DNA of 64,000 nucleotides, taken from the IMG/VR virus record IMGVR_UViG_3300020148_000038. One strand, written 5' to 3'. The notes under the pieces were generated by a model that was given only the letters and a program-made list of their open reading frames with translations, searched no databases and was not told where the DNA came from. Positions 37,071 through 47,096 of this stretch are shown piece by piece. Made by a program: the position numbers and the translations under genes. Numbering within the stretch: position 1 is the first letter of the stretch; each line of letters starts with the position of its first letter. Source of the stretch: an uncultured virus (IMG/VR IMGVR_UViG_3300020148_000038) (Duplodnaviria > Heunggongvirae > Uroviricota > Caudoviricetes).

Positions 37071-37925
37071 ATGAATAACAATACAGTAAGAACGCCAGTG
37101 GTGCGTAAGGATGGGGTTTTGACTCACGTGCATAAGAATCTTGAACATCCTGGCGGTGCTTCGGTTGTCACTCGCATACCAAGTGTGACCCCTTCTGGCT
37201 CGGTCAAGAACCCGAAGGTATTCACGAATGGCGTAAAAACTTTCGTTCCTTACGGAAATTATTCCCGTGAGGACGTTGACAGTTTTGCTGAAGATGTCAA
37301 CGGGTATGTTGATGATTTGTTTTCCGGTCGCATTTTCATTGCTGACGATTTCGGCTCTGATCTAAATGATTATTGGATGGTTAATGGGTACAAAAACTTC
37401 AACACTCTTTCTCAGCTACTCGCGGACGAAGCACCTGATGATTTGTCGGATGAAGATTTTGTCAACATGGCTCATGACGTAGCTCGTTATATTGATGCGC
37501 ACCTCCCTGAACAGGTTGCGAGCTTGCAGAGGTTTGATAATGCTGGTGATTCCTATATTGCTGTTTTTGAGGCTGTTGATAATGGCTCGGTTCCTATTAT
37601 TAGCGAACGTTTTGATAAGTGGCGGGATGAGATAAGGTTGAGAAACGATATCGGTTTGGATGGTGACATTCCGCTTTCTGATGATGAGATAAACACAAAC
37701 GCTCTATCGTCTGCCCGTCAAGAACTCATCTCCGATACCATGTCGGCTTTCGCTCGTGTTTATTCTGAAGGTTTGGGGAATCGCTCTCCTGCTTCGTTCT
37801 ATAACGAGGCGGCTTCTTTCATCATCGGTAATAAAGATTCTTACTTTGGTCGCGGCGAGGGAAGGAAATCTTTCGAGTCTGAGGTCGCTAAGTTTATCGA
37901 TGTCCATTTAGCGAATAAGCGATAG
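37071..37925 (+). CDS. DKNG-leader family protein (RKDG variant), acidic
   Basis: VRTPVVRKDGVLTHVHKN; promoter TGTC(37032)-N12-TATACT; GGAGG SD. Confidence 0.85.
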   Translation: MNNNTVRTPVVRKDGVLTHVHKNLEHPGGASVVTRIPSVTPSGSVKNPKVFTNGVKTFVPYGNYSREDVDSFAEDVNGYVDDLFSGRIFIADDFGSDLNDYWMVNGYKNFNTLSQLLADEAPDDLSDEDFVNMAHDVARYIDAHLPEQVASLQRFDNAGDSYIAVFEAVDNGSVPIISERFDKWRDEIRLRNDIGLDGDIPLSDDEINTNALSSARQELISDTMSAFARVYSEGLGNRSPASFYNEAASFIIGNKDSYFGRGEGRKSFESEVAKFIDVHLANKR

Positions 37926-38447
37926 AACGATATCCTTGTCTAAATCTTTGACGATTTCTTTTAGGTTGCTTCCCGTTTTGGCAACTTCATCAAAGTGGAT
38001 TTGATTGGAGCGAAAGAACTTTACAGAGTCGGTGATTTCATCGATGATGTCGTGTTCCATGAACAGCATCATCCATGCAAGGTTTTCGTAATCGTCAAGA
38101 ACCATCCCGCATTTTTGTAATGCAATTAGGATTTGTAATGTTGTTGATGTATCAATCTGGTATGTGTTTTCGAAAGCCTTGGGGAATCGAGATAGTACGA
38201 AAAGAATTTCGCCTTGTGAGAAGATGTATTCAGTGTTCTGAACGATATATCCCACACCGTTATCTGGGATATTTAGCTTTCCAAGAAGGGTTTTGATGTG
38301 GGTTTCGTCAAGAACAGATTCATCTTCTGTAGGCGTGAACATGTTTTCCGGATTGTAGAATCCAACATAATCGAAAGCATCTTCTTGGGTGATGACACAT
38401 GGGTATGGCTCTTCCCATGTCGTTCTGGCAACAAGATCGCTAAGCAT
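37908..38447 (-). CDS. C-terminal IDxD-module family protein
   Basis: ends KTGSNLKEIVKDLDKDIVLSLIR. Confidence 0.7.
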   Translation of the reverse strand: MLSDLVARTTWEEPYPCVITQEDAFDYVGFYNPENMFTPTEDESVLDETHIKTLLGKLNIPDNGVGYIVQNTEYIFSQGEILFVLSRFPKAFENTYQIDTSTTLQILIALQKCGMVLDDYENLAWMMLFMEHDIIDEITDSVKFFRSNQIHFDEVAKTGSNLKEIVKDLDKDIVLSLIR

Positions 38448-39423
38448 CTACTACTCCATAGATGAGGTCAATATCGATACCGTAATCATATCCAGCCTTT
38501 GCCTCGCTGATTCCCAACTTATTGTCTTGAGAGGGGTTCTTAATAATGTATTCCACAAAGTCAGCGTTGGTGTATGCATCTTCGGCATCTTCGGCACTAA
38601 AGCCGTGTCTTTGTGTAAAACCCTGATAATAAAGGTTGCAGAGCATGGAGATATATGCCCCCTTTTCTACCCCGAAATCATTGATCGCATCTGCATAAAT
38701 ACTGCTACCGTAATATGACATGTATCCATTTGCCCTTTTCTGCTTTCTTTGAAGAATAAGAGGCAGCAGGTTTTTCTCTTGGATGATGATTGCGATTTTT
38801 TCGAATGCTGCGACAGCAGCTTTCTCTAGCTCTTCTGATTGAGAAAAGAACTGGAGATATTTGCCGCTTTCGAGTCCGGACATTGAGATAGTCATGGGCG
38901 AAATGCGTCCGTTTGCGAGAAGTTGGATGCCGAGGTTCTGGTCTGTTTCGTAAACATCCGCGTCGATGCGGTGAGGGCTTCTCCCCTTGGACATCATGCT
39001 AACTCTTTTCCCTTGGTTGGGAACGAACCCCTCAGCTTCCTGCCCTTCGAAAATGATGGGGATAAGGGATTTGTCCCGGAAGTAGATGTCGAAAAGGTCA
39101 AGAATCCCCATACCGTTTGCATCTGCTGAAGCACTGATGTTGACAAGTCGGCACATCTTGGAGTTATGGCTGTAGTCGCATTGATTTTCGAGTTCGTTGT
39201 TAAGGATGGGGTTGTACCAGTTGTTGATGAAGTCTTTCAGTTGGCTTCCTGTGACCCCGTAATTTTCCATGTTCTTCATGGTTGCGAATGAATTCCAGGC
39301 GCGCTTCGCTACCATGCCGGTGAACATGATGAATCGGGTGCTGTTTTGATCTCCCCGGTGCGGATTGATGGTTCTCGACAGCCCAATGCTGTTCCCCCGC
39401 GAATGGATGAGTCCATAATTCAT
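38440..39423 (-). CDS. C-terminal IDxD-module family protein
   Basis: ends LGISEAKAGYDYGIDIDLIYGV; TTGCAA-N17-TAATGT-N7-ATG. Confidence 0.8.
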   Translation of the reverse strand: MNYGLIHSRGNSIGLSRTINPHRGDQNSTRFIMFTGMVAKRAWNSFATMKNMENYGVTGSQLKDFINNWYNPILNNELENQCDYSHNSKMCRLVNISASADANGMGILDLFDIYFRDKSLIPIIFEGQEAEGFVPNQGKRVSMMSKGRSPHRIDADVYETDQNLGIQLLANGRISPMTISMSGLESGKYLQFFSQSEELEKAAVAAFEKIAIIIQEKNLLPLILQRKQKRANGYMSYYGSSIYADAINDFGVEKGAYISMLCNLYYQGFTQRHGFSAEDAEDAYTNADFVEYIIKNPSQDNKLGISEAKAGYDYGIDIDLIYGVVDA

Positions 39424-39442
39424 ATTGGATACATTACCATGT

Positions 39443-40414
39443 TTATGCAATAGTTGCAAGTGGCTGTTGGTAGCCTAAATAAACATCAACGTCTATCCCT
39501 GTGTCCAGTAAGGTTATCGCTTCTTCGATAGTTGGCTTCAATCCCGCTTCTGCCATGACGATTCCGGTTCTGATAAGCTCGGTTACCAGTTTTTCGTTTG
39601 AAAATGCCTCCATCCGAACCGCACCGTTGTTAATACTTCTTCCCGGCGCAAAGAATAGTTCAAGAAGCGTGTAGAACACAGCTTCGTTTTCATCTTGAGA
39701 AAACATCCGCTTATATTGGAAAATGTGATCTATTCCATCGTGTTTATACATTTTCATTATCGGAAAGTTGTTTTTAATATGAAGGTTGGCGAAATAACGC
39801 AAATTCCTTTTCACCAATTTCCAATTTTTAACTGGCGGGGCATTCCAAGAATAAGATTGGCGGTAGTAGATATTTTCTATGTTGGCTTTTATCTCTTTGG
39901 GCATCCTGCTTTGTGCCAGTTCTGAATTAGGCGAGCTTCCAATCAGAGCGTTAATGAAATTGTTGCTTTCTTCTGGAACCAGTATTTTGTATTCTTCTCC
40001 GCAATTACAGTGAGCCGCCCTCCATTTTCCTCTATTTGGTTTGAAAAAGTTCCCTGAAAATGCGGGAGAGAGGTACTGAAGAACATTGAAGGTTCTGAAG
40101 TCTAAGAGATCGTTTGGACCTATATAGAACACTTCGTTCCCTCTTATGGCGTGTTCATCTTCGGTATAGGCATATCTTGCGTTTATCGGATGGCTGTTAA
40201 CTTGAGAAATCGGAATAACGAAGTTCTTCTCGAAGTTCTCAATTGTTTTCGTGGTGATGTTTTTGCCGAAAATATCGGTTGTGTTGTGGTATCTCAGAGA
40301 GTCTTTGAAGGCATTCCAGTCGGACAGAAACTCTTCCGAGCCAACAATCCCATTGTTTTTAGACCCTGGACGCAAGGACATCTTGTTGCGAGTCCCGAAG
40401 TTAATATAAACCAC
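39443..40414 (-). CDS. C-terminal IDxD-module family protein
   Basis: AGLKPTIEEAITLLDTGIDVDVYLG near the C-terminus. Confidence 0.8.
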   Translation of the reverse strand: MVYINFGTRNKMSLRPGSKNNGIVGSEEFLSDWNAFKDSLRYHNTTDIFGKNITTKTIENFEKNFVIPISQVNSHPINARYAYTEDEHAIRGNEVFYIGPNDLLDFRTFNVLQYLSPAFSGNFFKPNRGKWRAAHCNCGEEYKILVPEESNNFINALIGSSPNSELAQSRMPKEIKANIENIYYRQSYSWNAPPVKNWKLVKRNLRYFANLHIKNNFPIMKMYKHDGIDHIFQYKRMFSQDENEAVFYTLLELFFAPGRSINNGAVRMEAFSNEKLVTELIRTGIVMAEAGLKPTIEEAITLLDTGIDVDVYLGYQQPLATIA

Positions 40415-40423
40415 TATTGGATG

Positions 40424-40861
40424 TTATCCCAAAGCCAGTTTTGAGTCAATCATGTTTGCTGCAATGTCGATGTCAATGTTGGTGCGGTAGGCAAATAGCA
40501 GGACTTCTATACTACCAAATGCATTGTAATCTCTGACGGTCTTGACCCCATCGAATACAGAGAGTTCTCTTATTCGGTCGATTTGAACCCCTTGCAAAGC
40601 GAGTAAAATTGCATAGGGTTGCCAATCCCCAAATTCTTTGGTTCCGAAATATATCCACCCGTAAACAGCTTTCAATACATCACTGCCTTTTGGTTTAAAT
40701 CCCCCATTTCTGAGAAAAGCCAAAGAGTCGATAAACCTTTTGACGGAAGTTATATCCCCGAATACTTCAGTCCATGAATTGATAATTTTGAATATGTCTT
40801 TTTCCGGTATATTGAACGCTAATTTGGCTACCTGCCAGACATAATCTTTGTCGTTGAGCAT
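40424..40861 (-). CDS. C-terminal IDxD-module family protein
   Basis: start MLNDKD (TAATG overlap); ends LLFAYRTNIDIDIAANMI. Confidence 0.75.
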   Translation of the reverse strand: MLNDKDYVWQVAKLAFNIPEKDIFKIINSWTEVFGDITSVKRFIDSLAFLRNGGFKPKGSDVLKAVYGWIYFGTKEFGDWQPYAILLALQGVQIDRIRELSVFDGVKTVRDYNAFGSIEVLLFAYRTNIDIDIAANMIDSKLALG

Positions 40862-41571
40862 TAGCCAATCACCGCCCCTTGATACATCCCGATGATGATC
40901 GGTGTGACGCTCAAGCCAGCCATTGCCGACAGCACTATATATAACCATTTGAGCCTCTTGGGGTGGTATTGCATATAAACATCTACCAGTGATGCAAGCC
41001 AAGAGAAGATGAGTATTCCTAACACTCCGATCCCAACATACTTGGACATCGCAGAGAAGAATGATGGGTTGCTGGAAATAGATAGCATTGCGCTTAAGGC
41101 TAAGAAGAACGATGCAATAGCGCTTATACGAAAGAGGTTATTCGAAAAAGTTTCTTTGAGAAGACCTTGGCTGTTGGCAAGAGGGTGCTCGACATCTCCA
41201 TTTCGATAATCGTTCAGCCTTGCTTTTGCCTCGTCAAACCATTTTGCTTGGTTTTCATATTCCTGACGCATTCTTTCTTCTTCTGCTTCGCGTCTTTGGA
41301 CGTTCTGTTGATATATGAGGTTGTCATATATAGGTGTATCTCTTCTCCTATAAGATAGTGGGGACGCAACAGAAGCTCGTATAGATGCGTCATAAGAGCG
41401 CCGTGATACTGTGTTGTTTAGGGTTTCAAAAGCATGCTGCACCCTTTTGAATTCATCTTCGTCACCGCCGACATCGGGGTGGAGAACTCTTGCCTTTTGA
41501 CGATAGGCTCGTTTGATTTCGTGGTGAGAAGAATGCTCGTCAACACCGAGTATCTGGTATAGAGTTTCCAT
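40861..41571 (-). CDS. J-domain protein with C-terminal TM segments
   Basis: TLYQILGV...EIKRAYRQKARVLHPDVGG...RRSYD (intact HPD); three hydrophobic helices. Confidence 0.9.
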   Translation of the reverse strand: METLYQILGVDEHSSHHEIKRAYRQKARVLHPDVGGDEDEFKRVQHAFETLNNTVSRRSYDASIRASVASPLSYRRRDTPIYDNLIYQQNVQRREAEEERMRQEYENQAKWFDEAKARLNDYRNGDVEHPLANSQGLLKETFSNNLFRISAIASFFLALSAMLSISSNPSFFSAMSKYVGIGVLGILIFSWLASLVDVYMQYHPKRLKWLYIVLSAMAGLSVTPIIIGMYQGAVIG

Positions 41572-41623
41572 CGTTCGGTCAGTTTAACGACGCGAGACGA
41601 AGATCTTGTCCTTTTCGGTAAAT

Positions 41624-42055
41624 TCACTCGCTTTGTTCGATTAGATAATCTTCGGCCGTGGCGGAATCACCGAAGGTGCCCATAGACCCGCAATATGTGC
41701 CGCCTTTAAGTCTTGAGCCTATATATACACTGCCAGAATCGATTTCAGTACGACCTATGATTTTGTTGTTAGGATTTTCTAGGTCATTGATGTCGCCCTT
41801 GAGAACGTAGGCAGTATTAACGCCAAGTATTTTCGCTGTAACTCCGAAGTGTTTGGAATCGATTTCATACGGCTCGCTTATCTTATCAGCCCCTCGTGCT
41901 ATTTCGGTGTAGCCATGTGTCATCTTGGGTGCCATGCTGGGCACTGTTCTTCTTAGTCCGTCTGCCTTTACTTGGTCACGGTAGTTTTCGATCTTCCGAT
42001 AAACGGTGGTTTCTCTTCCGTTTTTATCAACGATTCGTGTGGGTACTTTATCCAT
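41624..42055 (-). CDS. DKNG-leader family protein
   Basis: VPTRIVDKNGRETTVYRK. Confidence 0.85.
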   Translation of the reverse strand: MDKVPTRIVDKNGRETTVYRKIENYRDQVKADGLRRTVPSMAPKMTHGYTEIARGADKISEPYEIDSKHFGVTAKILGVNTAYVLKGDINDLENPNNKIIGRTEIDSGSVYIGSRLKGGTYCGSMGTFGDSATAEDYLIEQSE

Positions 42056-42755
42056 TTTTCAATGCCTCCGTTTTGTATTCGTCCCAGTTGCGTCTAGATA
42101 CATCAACCGTCAGTGAGAAGGTGTCCTCGTTCATTGGAATTTTGAGTTTGTATTTTTGGTCGTCCAAACCCATTATTTCCATTTCGAGAATCCTTTCCCA
42201 TGTTTTGATGTCTGATTTAGCACCGACACCAGAAATAACGAAGTTGTGTCCCTTGATGTCTTTTATTGGCGTCTCAAAGTATTCTGCTAGGATTCCGACC
42301 ATCTCACTGTATGTGATGACCTTTCCTATGAGAGAGAGGTTTACGGAACCTTCGAAACCGAAAAACAAGGATGCATTGTCCGTATCCAGCTTCTCGGACA
42401 ACTTTGTCCACCCGTTAATTCTGGAATTGTTATCTACCCTGTCGCTAGAAAAAAGAACCTCTTTCTCGTTTCCGTCTTTGTCTATCACCCACGCCGCGTA
42501 GAAAGCGTTGTTTTCATTTGGCAAGGACGGAATATCCGATTCGTAAACTGATTCGAATAATAAGGTTTCCCCTGATGAGAGGTTTCTGTATGTCGAACCA
42601 ATAATTCCCTGCATCTTGGGAGGAAGGGCGGCAACGGGCGGCGCTGCTACATTTCCCACCCGCGTTTTCTGAGAACTGACCGACTCTGGGTTCTTATGAA
42701 CGGTTGTGTGTTTGCCGTTCTTGTCGATGATTGGCGTAGGGATTTTTGTGTTCAT
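42048..42755 (-). CDS. DKNG-leader family protein
   Basis: IPTPIIDKNGKHTTVHKN; AGTC-N12-TAATAT-N6-ATG. Confidence 0.85.
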   Translation of the reverse strand: MNTKIPTPIIDKNGKHTTVHKNPESVSSQKTRVGNVAAPPVAALPPKMQGIIGSTYRNLSSGETLLFESVYESDIPSLPNENNAFYAAWVIDKDGNEKEVLFSSDRVDNNSRINGWTKLSEKLDTDNASLFFGFEGSVNLSLIGKVITYSEMVGILAEYFETPIKDIKGHNFVISGVGAKSDIKTWERILEMEIMGLDDQKYKLKIPMNEDTFSLTVDVSRRNWDEYKTEALKNG

Positions 42756-42788
42756 ACGCTAATATTAGAAGATCCCACTGACTTAGGT

Positions 42789-42977
42789 TCAGTCGAACCG
42801 CTCTTCGTCTTCATAGAAAAGCTCTTCTTCGTTCTTCCAATAAGAAGAGCCTGCTCGATGGTCGCCAGAATGTCCAAAAGGCTCTTCGCAGAATTCACCT
42901 TGCCCGTTAGGGAACGAACATTCGATTTCTTCTTCATCGAATTCAACAATCTGCTCGTCGTCAAATCCATCAAACAT
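42789..42977 (-). CDS. small acidic CCHH-motif protein
   Basis: CSFPNGQGEFCEEPFGHSGDH; AAGGAG SD. Confidence 0.65.
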   Translation of the reverse strand: MFDGFDDEQIVEFDEEEIECSFPNGQGEFCEEPFGHSGDHRAGSSYWKNEEELFYEDEERFD

Positions 42978-43018
42978 TGTTAATCTCCTTAGTGACTTGG
43001 TGTTTGTAATGGTAATTC

Positions 43019-43086
43019 AAAATCTCCACTTGAGTATAGATTTTAGGGATATGGCGACTTAAAATCTCCATTTTAGTGTAGATTTC
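43019..43086. promoter_or_regulatory. two tandem imperfect palindromes (operator-like), 42 bp apart
   Basis: AAAATCTCCACTTGAGTATAGATTTT (43019-43044) and AAAATCTCCATTTTAGTGTAGATTTC (43061-43086). Confidence 0.65.
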
Positions 43087-43097
43087 ATGTATCTATT

Positions 43098-43559
43098 TTA
43101 CTGGGTTTGCGGAACTGGTGAAACTGTGATGGGAACCCTCTTCACCGCTTCAGAGTTCACATAAATGACGAATGTGTATCTACCGGGGGCATCGAACTGC
43201 ACGTTGGTTATAGGTATGATGATAGGAACGTTGAATTCGTCTTCTATTTTGTAGTTCTCTTTACTCGATGGCGGAATCTTTACTTCAACGGAATCTGCAC
43301 TGTGTATACCTCCTGGCGTTTGGACTCGATAAAGTACAATCTTGCGGCCGTCCTGGTCGATGAGTTCTAGCCTGATTTTGTGTTCTTCACCGAGAGCGGT
43401 ATATGGGATGTGAATAAGAGTGCATATAAACATGGAGTGTACCTTGGGGAAGGAGTTTGTCCACAATACATTCCACCCTGCCCCCAGTGTGTCTATCTTG
43501 CCGTTCTCTGTTTTGGCATAGTCTGCCAAAAATGCGTCTACTTCTATTTCTAATGACAT
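43098..43559 (-). CDS. beta-sandwich protein, DUF6941-like
   Basis: DAFLADYA...GKIDTLGAGW; PGRYTFVIYVN. Confidence 0.65.
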   Translation of the reverse strand: MSLEIEVDAFLADYAKTENGKIDTLGAGWNVLWTNSFPKVHSMFICTLIHIPYTALGEEHKIRLELIDQDGRKIVLYRVQTPGGIHSADSVEVKIPPSSKENYKIEDEFNVPIIIPITNVQFDAPGRYTFVIYVNSEAVKRVPITVSPVPQTQ

Positions 43560-43570
43560 TTCTCTACCTC

Positions 43571-43912
43571 TTAAAATAGTCTCGGGTTGTTCTTGATAAT
43601 GGTTTCTACAGGAATTTGCTTGGCGAGATTTTGCATGTCTACATTGTCAAAGAAATATCCCTCTTCGATGTCAAGCCGCATTATCTCTAGCATATGCGGC
43701 GGAACATTAAGTTCGGATATTTCGGCTTTTCCGCCAGTCGTGTAGCTGTATTGTTTGTAGTTCTCGTCCATGTCGTATTCTACTTGTACTGATATTTTGA
43801 CAGTGATGTACATATTGGACTCTTCGCCCCGTTCGCGCTTGGCTTTGGGTATGTAGAACTCACCTTTATTTTCTAGGGCGCTATCCCAATCAAGCAAATT
43901 AATAATAGACAC
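43571..43912 (-). CDS. hypothetical protein
   Basis: 113-aa ORF in operon. Confidence 0.65.
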   Translation of the reverse strand: MSIINLLDWDSALENKGEFYIPKAKRERGEESNMYITVKISVQVEYDMDENYKQYSYTTGGKAEISELNVPPHMLEIMRLDIEEGYFFDNVDMQNLAKQIPVETIIKNNPRLF

Positions 43913-44321
43913 CGTATAACTCCCAGCCGTCCTCTTTATGGTTCACGAATACTGGCAGTCTGAGGTTATCTGGCTCAAAGGGTTCTAGCCCGAACGTCTC
44001 ATATTCAAAAGTGTCTCCGTTGCGATTTTTTAACATGACACCAAATGGTTCGCTGCGTTCGTCGTCGCTTTCTTCATATTCGTAACCAATGTAGAGATGC
44101 TGATTTTCGTTGTATCGTCTGTAGCTCAGTTTCTCCACCTTTTCTGGAAGAACCGTCTCGCCAAAGATTTTGAAGCCTAGATGAGAGATGTCAGTATTTT
44201 CCCGTCTTCCCATTCTGCTGGGAACGGTAATGTCAAGAAGAGTGCCAGCTTCAAGATGAAGTCTTATTCTGTCTCCAACTTCAAACTCAGTTCCCTTATA
44301 GATTAAAGCCATGTTTCGCAT
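43899..44321 (-). CDS. hypothetical protein
   Basis: 140-aa ORF in operon. Confidence 0.65.
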   Translation of the reverse strand: MRNMALIYKGTEFEVGDRIRLHLEAGTLLDITVPSRMGRRENTDISHLGFKIFGETVLPEKVEKLSYRRYNENQHLYIGYEYEESDDERSEPFGVMLKNRNGDTFEYETFGLEPFEPDNLRLPVFVNHKEDGWELYGVYY

Positions 44322-44330
44322 CCTATCAAA

Positions 44331-45119
44331 TTATTCTGAAACATCAAGTATGGACGATGCGATATCAAGGTCTATGTCCAGATAAACCGCATCTATCACA
44401 TAAAGAGTGCTCATCGATGTATTCAACGAGACATTCCAAACCTTATCAAGCTTTTCTCCTTGCATCTCGCTGAGTTTTACCATGAGGGATTCTACCTCAT
44501 CGTTGAAATATATTGGTGCAGCCTCAAGTGAAAGGATGAGCGCTTTCAGCGCGGATTCGTCATCTTTCCCACTGAAGGCGTCTACCCTTCTTTTACAATC
44601 TACCGCTAGCAGACTTGTTTTGAAGTTTGATTTCTCACCATATATTGAGAAATCCGAGATTTGGTTTTCGTACAGCTTTTGCACTTCTTCGTCTGGGTTC
44701 TTAGGTCTGTTTCTATACAATTGCCTTCTATGCTCACCGAATAATTCCGGCATGCTCATGAATTCCGCTGGGGCGAACTGGGGAAAGTTCCCGAACTTTC
44801 CTTTGACTCTTTCATGCACGAAGACATCTTTCATTACCTTGGAGAATGCATTGAACGATATCCCAGCATACGAAAAGAATGATTCTCCGAACGGGAAATA
44901 CGCATCGGAGATTCTGACGTACTCCTTTCCAGTTAAGTATTCGTCTTGACTCTCGACCTCTATCAGTTTGCGTTGGCGGGGTTTGGTGAATCCACCGTTC
45001 GCCCAGTCTTCTTCGTGTATCCAGAAGATAGTGTCGATATCTTTAGCTTGTTCCCGTTTGGGTTTGAGAACGAATCTGGACTTATATTCAGTCCGAATCT
45101 TATCGGGGTCGGTTCTCAT
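44331..45119 (-). CDS. C-terminal IDxD-module family protein
   Basis: ends YVIDAVYLDIDLDIASSIL; TTGACA(45155-45150)-N17-TAGAAT-N7-ATG. Confidence 0.8.
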   Translation of the reverse strand: MRTDPDKIRTEYKSRFVLKPKREQAKDIDTIFWIHEEDWANGGFTKPRQRKLIEVESQDEYLTGKEYVRISDAYFPFGESFFSYAGISFNAFSKVMKDVFVHERVKGKFGNFPQFAPAEFMSMPELFGEHRRQLYRNRPKNPDEEVQKLYENQISDFSIYGEKSNFKTSLLAVDCKRRVDAFSGKDDESALKALILSLEAAPIYFNDEVESLMVKLSEMQGEKLDKVWNVSLNTSMSTLYVIDAVYLDIDLDIASSILDVSE

Positions 45120-45151
45120 AATATTGATTCTAAGCTTGGGTCATTATTATG

Positions 45152-45553
45152 TCAATGTTTGGATATTGTCTGACCTATTTTAATATGCGCCGCAATAGGC
45201 AGGATACAGAGGACAATAGATATCAACAGTACAATGTAACTACCTGTTGCTGCGGCGATGAATGCCAGCAAGAAGACTATAATCCACCCAACTAAAGCAA
45301 TCATCGCATAGTCGCTCTTGGGGTGGCTATCTCTGGAAACAGGTTGTTCATTGCTCAGCACCTCGTAAGCTCTTTGGACTGCACGATTGGCTATTTCATC
45401 GCCCCCATTAATAGGATCGGTGAGGTGTAACATTCTCTTGTATGCAGAGATGATTTCGTGTTCAGTGGAGTCTTCGGCAATTCCGAGGGTTTTGTATGCG
45501 CTTTCTCGTCGGCTAGTCTGAATTGGTTTCATTTCGTATGCAGCTTTCACCAT
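45152..45553 (-). CDS. degenerate J-domain membrane protein (HPD replaced by TDP)
   Basis: AYKTLGI...EIISAYKRMLHLTDPINGGD...RAYEVL plus two TM helices. Confidence 0.75.
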   Translation of the reverse strand: MVKAAYEMKPIQTSRRESAYKTLGIAEDSTEHEIISAYKRMLHLTDPINGGDEIANRAVQRAYEVLSNEQPVSRDSHPKSDYAMIALVGWIIVFLLAFIAAATGSYIVLLISIVLCILPIAAHIKIGQTISKH

Positions 45554-46386
45554 TAGTCGAGGAACTTCACATCTACATCTGGATGATAGCTGGCAATCCT
45601 TTTAAACATATTGTCTCTTTGTTTTTCATCCTGTTCGGAACCTATGACGTTCCTTTTCTGATTGATTGCAGCGATTGCGGTCGAACCTGAACCCATGAAT
45701 GGATCATAGACAACATCTCCTTCGTTGCTGAATAGCTTGATAAACCATTCTGGAAGCCAAACAGGGAATGGTGCGGAGTGCCCCACATTAGATGTTTCCG
45801 GCGCTCCATGTAGCACATTACCTGGGTAGACAAGATCTTTACCTACCCAGTTTGATACGTTCTTTCCGAAGCCACTGTCTACTGCTGAATTTTGGCGAAC
45901 CATATCTTTCTCGGAGAGGTTCTTGAGCCTGCTCTTGCTCCAATCGCCAATCGGAACGCGGACATCATCCTGGTTCATAACGAATTTCTTCTGCTTGGTG
46001 AAGTGGTAGAGATGTTCCCACAAGTCTCTGAACCTATTTGGCCATTTTCCAGGCGTGCTTGTGGTTTTGTGCCACATGTACTCTTCTGTCCACCTCCAAC
46101 CCAGGGATTTCATCATCATTACCAATTCGTAAACATATGTGCTTCTTTCTCCGTCAACAACCCGCTCTTTGATGTTGAGGATGAATGAACCGTCATCTGC
46201 AAGTATCCTCAGCATCTCGGCCGCGAAAGGCTTAAACCATTCGACATATTCATCAACATGTACGCCACCATATGTGTGTTTGCGCTGGTCAGCAAATGGC
46301 GGCGATGTTACGATGAGGTTTACTGATTGGTCGGGGAGAGTCTTCATGAATTCAAGACTGTCACCGATTTTGATTTCAATTTTCAC
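45553..46386 (-). CDS. beta-class N4-cytosine/N6-adenine DNA methyltransferase
   Basis: TSPPF catalytic motif before DPFMGSGST SAM-binding motif; HSAPFP. Confidence 0.92.
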   Translation of the reverse strand: MKIEIKIGDSLEFMKTLPDQSVNLIVTSPPFADQRKHTYGGVHVDEYVEWFKPFAAEMLRILADDGSFILNIKERVVDGERSTYVYELVMMMKSLGWRWTEEYMWHKTTSTPGKWPNRFRDLWEHLYHFTKQKKFVMNQDDVRVPIGDWSKSRLKNLSEKDMVRQNSAVDSGFGKNVSNWVGKDLVYPGNVLHGAPETSNVGHSAPFPVWLPEWFIKLFSNEGDVVYDPFMGSGSTAIAAINQKRNVIGSEQDEKQRDNMFKRIASYHPDVDVKFLD

Positions 46387-46807
46387 TGAGGATTCCTTTT
46401 ACAACGTCTGGGTCTAGATTGTGTTCTATGGCGTTCTTAATGTCGGAAAGCTTCATGCCGTGATATTGCAGGTACTCTGGATTGAGGTTGTATAGCACTA
46501 ATTTACTGAACAGATTATGATCGATATTATCTCTGGGGTAAACGTTCGCGTTGACGAAATAAACTATTTCGGTGTTTGCCCACTGTCGCTCCTGTTCTGA
46601 TATATCTGAAATGCTTTCGTGAGGTAAATGAGAGTAAAAAATGATGTCGTGATGTGATACATAGAGCTTGAGCGCTAGATATCTCACCATTTTTTCATAA
46701 GGAATAAGGAGCGATTGGAATTTTTCTCTATTCCATTCCGATATGAGCTTCTTGGCTTCTTCTTGCCACAACTCTAAATCTTCGGGGCTTATATCCTGAA
46801 TTCGCAC
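46376..46807 (-). CDS. C-terminal IDxD-module family protein
   Basis: ends YHGMKLSDIKNAIEHNLDPDVVKGIL. Confidence 0.8.
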   Translation of the reverse strand: MRIQDISPEDLELWQEEAKKLISEWNREKFQSLLIPYEKMVRYLALKLYVSHHDIIFYSHLPHESISDISEQERQWANTEIVYFVNANVYPRDNIDHNLFSKLVLYNLNPEYLQYHGMKLSDIKNAIEHNLDPDVVKGILSEN

Positions 46808-46873
46808 GATGCTACTTTACAACAATCCTTAAATAAGCAACAGACCCCTATATGGATTTGCCATTAAAGATAT

Positions 46874-47053
46874 CTAGTTGTTATCCTCTCGGCTGGATAA
46901 AATAGTTTCTAGTGCGGCGATCTCTGTTTCTATTTCGGGTAGAAGCCGTCTTTCGCCTCTTCTTTCGCCGCGCTCTATTTCCGCCTTCTGCACCTTCAGC
47001 ATTCCCAGCCTAATGATGAGGGCATAGTTATTATTGCTTGATGTTCTCGGCAT
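46874..47053 (-). CDS. 59-aa coiled-coil protein (not in ORF track)
   Basis: MPRTSSNNNYALIIRL...EIETEIAALETIL; TTGGAA-N17-TACACT-N6-ATG. Confidence 0.55.
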   Translation of the reverse strand: MPRTSSNNNYALIIRLGMLKVQKAEIERGERRGERRLLPEIETEIAALETILSSREDNN

Positions 47054-47096
47054 TTTTGTAGTGTACCATTACTGGCGTTATTTTCCAATTTGATAT

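Noticed and set aside
43019..43086. Resemblance of the repeats to Cas12a CRISPR repeats (ending GTAGAT)
   Set aside because: Only two degenerate copies with a 16-bp gap, no TTTCTACT stem and no cas genes; treated as operator-like instead.
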